From a bacterium (GTDB lineage Bacteria > UBA8248): 64,000 bases of DNA. A program made the position numbers and the translations under genes. The notes under the pieces were generated by a model. It searched no databases, was not told where the DNA came from, and was given only the letters and a program-made list of their open reading frames with translations. Positions 59,601 through 64,000 of the stretch are shown one piece after another. The stretch covers positions 1,088,001 through 1,152,000 of the forward strand of contig OZ244799.1 in the NCBI GenBank assembly GCA_965219955.1, given 5' to 3'. Position 1 is the first letter of the stretch. Each line of letters begins with the position of its first letter.

Positions 59601-60451
59601 CGGACGTGACGCCTGAGCAGAAGGCGGCGAGGCGCCTGAAAGAACAGGGCGCCGCCGTCCTGACGGGAGAACTGACGAAGAGGGTGCTCGAGTTGATAGG
59701 CCCGGCTCCTTCGCCGCAGAGGCCTTCGCTTGAAATTCTGGAGAGTATGGCGTCGCTCCCGCTTGGCGGGATGAGGTTTGGGCCTGCGCCCACTGAGCCC
59801 GCCTCCCCGAAGGAATTGGCGAAGCGCGCGGGGCGGCTTTTGGAGAAATCAGAAAAAGACGCGGGCGGCACGGAAATCGCCAAGCTCGACGGCCTGCGCC
59901 TCAGGCAGGACGCCCTGCGCAAGCGCCTGGAGGTATTCGAGCGTCACTTGCGCCAGATGATGCAGGTGTATCCGTTCATCAACCCGGGCATCGTGCGGAG
60001 AATCACCGAGGCGGGAGAAGCGATGAGGCGAGCTGCCGCTTCTTTGGGAGAGCGCAGTTCCTCGCGCGCGGTGCCCCCCGAGGAGGAGGCGATACGCAAG
60101 CTCGCCCAGGGGCAGAACTCCATGCAGCAGGCCATGCAGCAGATGGCCCAGCGGGGCAGCCTGGGAATGGGCACCCCCCGGGGCTTCGGCACCTTGGGGC
60201 CGGGCAGGGGCGGGAACAGGCCGTGGTGGTCGAGGAACCCGAATTTTCCCCAGCCGCAGGGCTCGAACCGGCGGGGACGGGAGGAGGACGGGAATCTCGG
60301 CACCCAGTTCAGCGAGGTTCTCATTCCGGATCGGGAGCAATACAAGGTGCCCGCCAAGTACCGTGAGGAGATCATGGAGGCGATGAAGGACGGCCTGCCG
60401 AGCGGGATGCGCGGTGAAATCGAGGATTATTTCGACAGGCTGACGAAATAA
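56684..60451 (+). CDS. DUF4175-family membrane-anchored coiled-coil protein
   Basis: Three N-terminal TMs, PPEYT and ASDDFGL Ig-like region, long Q/M/R-rich coiled coils and C-terminal IEDYFDRL. Confidence 0.8.
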   Translation: MAEQSFKKINEFLDSVIRARLKVRRLEAGMVLLLGVLAVFLLAPAAVVAQPIYGYSAITYAGTAVLLLGVTLIRCWWLATRRPRRESIALDIEETHPDLGSNLISSLQLFPRKGELGDDDPTSPALIDALVNDTHREVEPLDPEAYVSHAGFQRLGRLAGVLTIAVLLMAFIWPGLYPRAGYLLANAADLMPSRITNLEIWAERTTVLPGMPTAFEVKTTGRETDAVELEVRQGAGSGASIAMEKVAPHHFRSRWLAAGDLARVTARTGRFRSRTIEVRVVAPPRVESIEVVQYPPEYTKLKPGPGKNGGHIRAYMGSEVQLAVKTNKPVQEALIALADGWRLPLNPSEEGGSLGGKMILGGAGSYQVRLKDAHGFSNLAPQRYQIDIIPDAYPVVMVTHPEKDLTVEADEQVTVKYRASDDFGLKSVYLEIRLGSGRPRRIRVWGGEAPKKDVLGRYEFDLRSMGIKPGGILSYRFIAPDVDTVSGPKFGTSKVYRIKIRDREAVIAGLDRNLGEISNELLDLLGDYLEKDLPPEEKAKGAKETGKLADSIEAKAAGILERIKRTRAMLRPKNPRETLSDMDLSTLQRQLRDAISQYLKPLSQLSKLGKNAGSERERLNREIAARQEEATETLERLATMSEEIQRNVRVDRAGRTTESMIQRQRAIEQALEKMRRMGGDQEAINRVEKELEKLRTELGKLMQQMASLARRMPAEFMNQRSMREMPMQDMMRAFERIREMMRQNNFQGALEQLRRLMSQLQRMRMALRGMQRQQMMSQRGGRPIRRQQSELASIVEEQQAILGETVGVLENVVDRLKKKWPGEVAAASRSARAYWKTASESAAKPLPPDCFPEAEPVKQAEPAEPEISMLGRPETQKKLSPRAQAEKIQREKMRALSEFDTMLKKGEWGIIFQRLPEWAARLERSPCVRPEQIAEREKDAPKVARREKGPGSATQQDAREGIRPEPWAWQKDADVTPEQKAARRLKEQGAAVLTGELTKRVLELIGPAPSPQRPSLEILESMASLPLGGMRFGPAPTEPASPKELAKRAGRLLEKSEKDAGGTEIAKLDGLRLRQDALRKRLEVFERHLRQMMQVYPFINPGIVRRITEAGEAMRRAAASLGERSSSRAVPPEEEAIRKLAQGQNSMQQAMQQMAQRGSLGMGTPRGFGTLGPGRGGNRPWWSRNPNFPQPQGSNRRGREEDGNLGTQFSEVLIPDREQYKVPAKYREEIMEAMKDGLPSGMRGEIEDYFDRLTK

Positions 60452-62172
60452 TGCGTAAAAAATTACTCACAGGTCTCATTTGCGTTTTTCTGATCGCGGC
60501 TTTCGCTCCTTCCGCGTGGACGCATACCGTCAACCGTGCGGTGCCTCTCTCGAAGGCCGTGAAGCGGCCGGATGGTTACCGCGCGGTGGTGGACGAGCTC
60601 CGGGCGTGGAATCTGGCGGCCGCGAGGAAGAAAATCGCATCGCTCGAAGCCGGTTCTCCCGGCCGGGCGGAATGGCGGGCGCTCTCGGGAGCCGCGGATT
60701 ACCTGGAAGGACGATTCTCCGAGTCGATCGTCAATCTCAACGCCGCGCTCAAGAAAAAACCCGGAGACGGCGAATGGCTTGAACTCAGGCTCCACGTGCG
60801 CCAGACGCAAACCGCGGTGCAGGGATTCAAGGCGCACAAGACGGCGCATTTCGACATCTGGTACGAACCGGGCGAGGACGCCGTTCTGCTGCCTTACCTG
60901 GGCGATGCGCTGGAGAAGGCCTATGCGCGCTACGGGGAGATATTGGGCTTGCGGCCGGAGCAGCGGATTCGCGTGGAACTTTTTTCGAATTCGGTCCGCT
61001 TCCACCGCTCATCCACGCTCTCGCGGCGGGACATCGAGGAGAAGGGCGCGGTCGGGGTCTGCAAGTTCAACAAGATAATGTTCTTATCCCCCGGCGCGCT
61101 CCTTCGGGGCTATCGCTGGCTCGATACCGCGGCGCACGAATACGTCCACTACCTCGTCGTGCTGGCGACGAAGAACCGCGCCCCCATCTGGCTGCACGAG
61201 GGAATCGCCAAATACCTGGAGAAAAGTTGGAAGGGCGGGGAGAGGAAAGGCTATCTCCACCCGGGCGAGGAGGCCTTGCTGTTCAAGGCGAGGGAGACGA
61301 ACAACTACGTTCCGTTCAAGAAGATGGAGCCTAGCCTCATCTATCTCGATACCCCGCAGGAGGTGCACCTGGCCTACGCGGAAGCGGCTTCGGCCGTGGA
61401 TTTCATCTACCGCAGGATGGGTGAGGGCGCGCTCGTCCGCCTGCTGGCGGGCATCCGGGAGGCCTCGCCCGCGCAAAAGCTGCAGGGCGCGCCGGCGCTT
61501 GGAGAAGAAAACCCCGGGATGCGGCATCAAAGGCGGGCGAGCCTCGTTGAGCTCGAATCCACCGGTCCGCCCCAGAGTGCCGAGCCGGGCCTTCGACTGG
61601 TCGCCGGAGTCGACCTGGGCGGATTCGAGAGGCTCTGGATAGAAGACCTCAAGAAACTCCCCCTGCGCGAGCAAGCGGGCTCGCAGGTCATGCTGCCGAA
61701 GCTCAAGCCCAAGGGGCCGATGGGTGAGCGCTCGATCGATTTGGCGGCGCTCAAGAGCGCCGTGGCCAGAAGGCGCATGCGGCTGGGCGACAGGCTCTCG
61801 TTCCGGGGAAGGATGCGGGCGGCGCTGATCGAATACCGCCGCGCCTTGCGCGATGAGCCGTACTCCCAGCCCCTTCTCAACCGCGCGGCGCAGGTCGAGA
61901 TACACCTGGGCATGATTCCCCAGGCCGAGCGGCACATTAAAAGAGCGCTGGAGGTGGACCCGGATTACGCCATGACGCACGTGCACCGGGCGCTGGCGAG
62001 CGAGATGGGCGGAAACGCGGAGAGCGCCCTCAGGGCGTGGGAGGAGGTGGTGCAGATCAATCCCTTCATTCGAGTGGTTCATGAGCGCCTGCTGGCGCAT
62101 TACGAAAGAACGGGGCAGACGGAAAAGGCGAAGCGAGAGCGTGAAGTGCTTCGCGCCATGTCGTCCCGCTAA
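60451..62172 (+). CDS. Exported TPR-containing peptidase MA-like metallopeptidase
   Basis: Signal peptide, AHEYVH (HExxH) plus PIWLHEGIA, and TPR-like helices at both ends. Confidence 0.82.
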   Translation: MRKKLLTGLICVFLIAAFAPSAWTHTVNRAVPLSKAVKRPDGYRAVVDELRAWNLAAARKKIASLEAGSPGRAEWRALSGAADYLEGRFSESIVNLNAALKKKPGDGEWLELRLHVRQTQTAVQGFKAHKTAHFDIWYEPGEDAVLLPYLGDALEKAYARYGEILGLRPEQRIRVELFSNSVRFHRSSTLSRRDIEEKGAVGVCKFNKIMFLSPGALLRGYRWLDTAAHEYVHYLVVLATKNRAPIWLHEGIAKYLEKSWKGGERKGYLHPGEEALLFKARETNNYVPFKKMEPSLIYLDTPQEVHLAYAEAASAVDFIYRRMGEGALVRLLAGIREASPAQKLQGAPALGEENPGMRHQRRASLVELESTGPPQSAEPGLRLVAGVDLGGFERLWIEDLKKLPLREQAGSQVMLPKLKPKGPMGERSIDLAALKSAVARRRMRLGDRLSFRGRMRAALIEYRRALRDEPYSQPLLNRAAQVEIHLGMIPQAERHIKRALEVDPDYAMTHVHRALASEMGGNAESALRAWEEVVQINPFIRVVHERLLAHYERTGQTEKAKREREVLRAMSSR

Positions 62173-62190
62173 ATCGAGAGGCGATACGCA

Positions 62191-63243
62191 ATGAACGAAG
62201 CGACGGATGATGTGAGAAACGAAGAATCGAACATGAGCGAGGTGGACGTGGAGATAGCGCGCGAGATCGGCCTGAAGCGCGACGCCATTCTCGAGCAGGT
62301 GCACAAGATCATCGTCGGACAGGCGGAGGTCATCGACCTGGTCCTGATAGCCCTGCTTTCGAAAGGCCACTCCCTTCTGGTCGGCGTGCCGGGCCTGGCG
62401 AAAACCTTGCTGATACGCACCCTGGCCCGCGTGCTGCAGCTTGATTTCAACCGCATCCAGTTCACGCCCGATCTGATGCCCTCGGACATCACGGGCACGG
62501 ACATCCTGGATGACACCACCGAGGGGAGGCGCTCTTTCCGCTTCATTCGCGGCCCCATCTTCACCCAGATTCTGCTGGCGGACGAGATTAACCGCACGTC
62601 GCCCAAGACACAGGCGGCTCTTCTGCAGGCCATGCAGGAGTTGCACGTGACGGCCGGCGGGCAGGCGCACTACCTGAACCCGCCGTTTTTCGTTCTCGCG
62701 ACCCAGAACCCCGTGGAGCAGGAGGGCACGTATCCGCTGCCCGAGGCCCAGCTGGACAGGTTCATGTTCGAGATCGGGGTGTCGTATCCCAGCCTCGCGG
62801 AGGAGAAGGAAATCGTCGCTCAGACGACTTCGAACTACGATCCCAAGCTCGAAGAGATCATGGACAACGAGCAGATTCTGGCCTTTCAGGGACTGGTGCG
62901 CCGGGTGCCTGCGGCTCCCTACGTGGTGGAATACGCGGTGTCGCTCGCGCGCGCATCCCGCCCCGACGACGAGAGCGCTCCTGATTTCGTCCGCCAGTAC
63001 GTGGAGTGGGGCGCGGGGCCGAGGGCGAGCCAGTATCTGATTCTGGGGGCGCGGGCGCGGGCGCTGCTCCGGGGGCGCTACGCCGCCACCATCGAGGACG
63101 TGCGGGCGCTGGCCGAGCCCGTGCTGCGGCACCGGATTCTGGTGAACTTCCGCGGGCAGGCGGAAGGCCACGACTCCGTCTCGCTGATACGGCAGCTGCT
63201 CGAAGCCATCACGCCCCCGGCGGAGGCCACCGAAGCCGCGTAG
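62191..63243 (+). CDS. moxR: MoxR family AAA+ ATPase
   Basis: [27 protein letters not shown] and [22 protein letters not shown] motifs. Confidence 0.95.
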   Translation: MNEATDDVRNEESNMSEVDVEIAREIGLKRDAILEQVHKIIVGQAEVIDLVLIALLSKGHSLLVGVPGLAKTLLIRTLARVLQLDFNRIQFTPDLMPSDITGTDILDDTTEGRRSFRFIRGPIFTQILLADEINRTSPKTQAALLQAMQELHVTAGGQAHYLNPPFFVLATQNPVEQEGTYPLPEAQLDRFMFEIGVSYPSLAEEKEIVAQTTSNYDPKLEEIMDNEQILAFQGLVRRVPAAPYVVEYAVSLARASRPDDESAPDFVRQYVEWGAGPRASQYLILGARARALLRGRYAATIEDVRALAEPVLRHRILVNFRGQAEGHDSVSLIRQLLEAITPPAEATEAA

Positions 63244-63266
63244 ACGCCTGCTCAAAGAGGATCGCC

Positions 63267-64000
63267 TTGAATTCGGACCTGTATTTCGACCCCCTCGTCA
63301 TCTCGCGACTGTCCAACCTCCAGTTGCGCGCCCGTCACGTGGTCGAGGGCCTGATGAGCGGCGTGCACAGGAGCCGCTCGCGGGGGTTCAGCGTCGATTT
63401 CGAGGAGCACAGGGCGTACAGCCCCGGCGACGAACTCCGGCATGTCGACTGGAAAGCGTACGGGAAATTCGACCGCTACCTCGTGAAGCAGTACGAGGAC
63501 GAGACGAACCTCTACGCGCATCTCGTCGTCGACGCCAGCGCCTCGATGGATTTCGGCGACGGCGCCCTGAGCAAATGGGCGTATGCGGCCACGCTCTCCT
63601 CGGCGATGGCGCATTTGCTGCTGGGCCAGTCCGATTCGGTGGGCCTGGTGGTTTCCCGTGAGACCGAGGACACGCTGGTTCCTACCAAATCCATCAGAAA
63701 ACACTTGCTGACCCTGCTGGCGGGCCTTCAGGCGGCGTCGCCGGACGGGGGGACCGGAATCGCCCGTTCGATGCTTGCCCTGGCGGAGCGCCTGAAGCGA
63801 AGGGGGCTCATCGTGGTCGTTTCCGATTTGCTCGATGACCCCGAAGCCGTGGAGAAAGCGCTCAAACTCCTGTGCCTCAAGGGCAACGACGTCATCGTGT
63901 TTCACATCCTCGACAGCGTGGAGCTCGAGTTCCCCTTCGAGGGGCTCGCCAGGATGGACGACGTCGAGACGGACAGGAACATCACCGTGGAATGCGAGGT
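63267..64000 (+). CDS. DUF58 domain protein (3' truncated; absent from ORF track)
   Basis: Manual translation gives ...VVEGLMSGVHRSRSRGFSVDFEEHRAYSPGDELRHVDWK...VDASASM...VVSDL. Confidence 0.92.
   Translation, partial: MNSDLYFDPLVISRLSNLQLRARHVVEGLMSGVHRSRSRGFSVDFEEHRAYSPGDELRHVDWKAYGKFDRYLVKQYEDETNLYAHLVVDASASMDFGDGALSKWAYAATLSSAMAHLLLGQSDSVGLVVSRETEDTLVPTKSIRKHLLTLLAGLQAASPDGGTGIARSMLALAERLKRRGLIVVVSDLLDDPEAVEKALKLLCLKGNDVIVFHILDSVELEFPFEGLARMDDVETDRNITVECE

Overview
Bacterial chromosomal window with about 45 CDS, one tRNA and no CRISPR, rRNA, integrase or intact transposase. Gene content (PxxKW protein, IspH-UbiA fusion, DUF4159/DUF4175 operon) looks deltaproteobacterial or Nitrospinota/Tectomicrobia-like, but this is an inference. 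The left part (1 to about 27 kb) is lower in GC and repeat-free. It carries housekeeping genes: tRNA-Gln(CUG), gltX, a giant AsmA/DUF748 protein with four ~172-aa repeats, ftsK, trxA, ispH-ubiA and glnB-glnD-glnA. The right part is much higher in GC. It carries lutA plus a lutB-lutC fusion, acyl-CoA dehydrogenase, recQ, aldehyde:ferredoxin oxidoreductase, three EamA paralogs, sixA, a two-subunit NAD-linked formate dehydrogenase and a MoxR/DUF58/DUF4159/DUF4175/TPR-peptidase operon. Main observations: (1) two split ORFs at 39.6-40.2 kb form one AhpD-like selenoprotein, with CxxU, an in-frame TGA and a SECIS-like GGUC hairpin. (2) Most intergenic spaces from 32 to 52 kb hold nested composite repeats, with several REP-like palindrome families inside IS-like GTTGAAAAA ends. 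(3) sixA sits between its own ~55-bp inverted repeats inside the EamA array. Start codons were adjusted by eye from the ORF track and are tentative.
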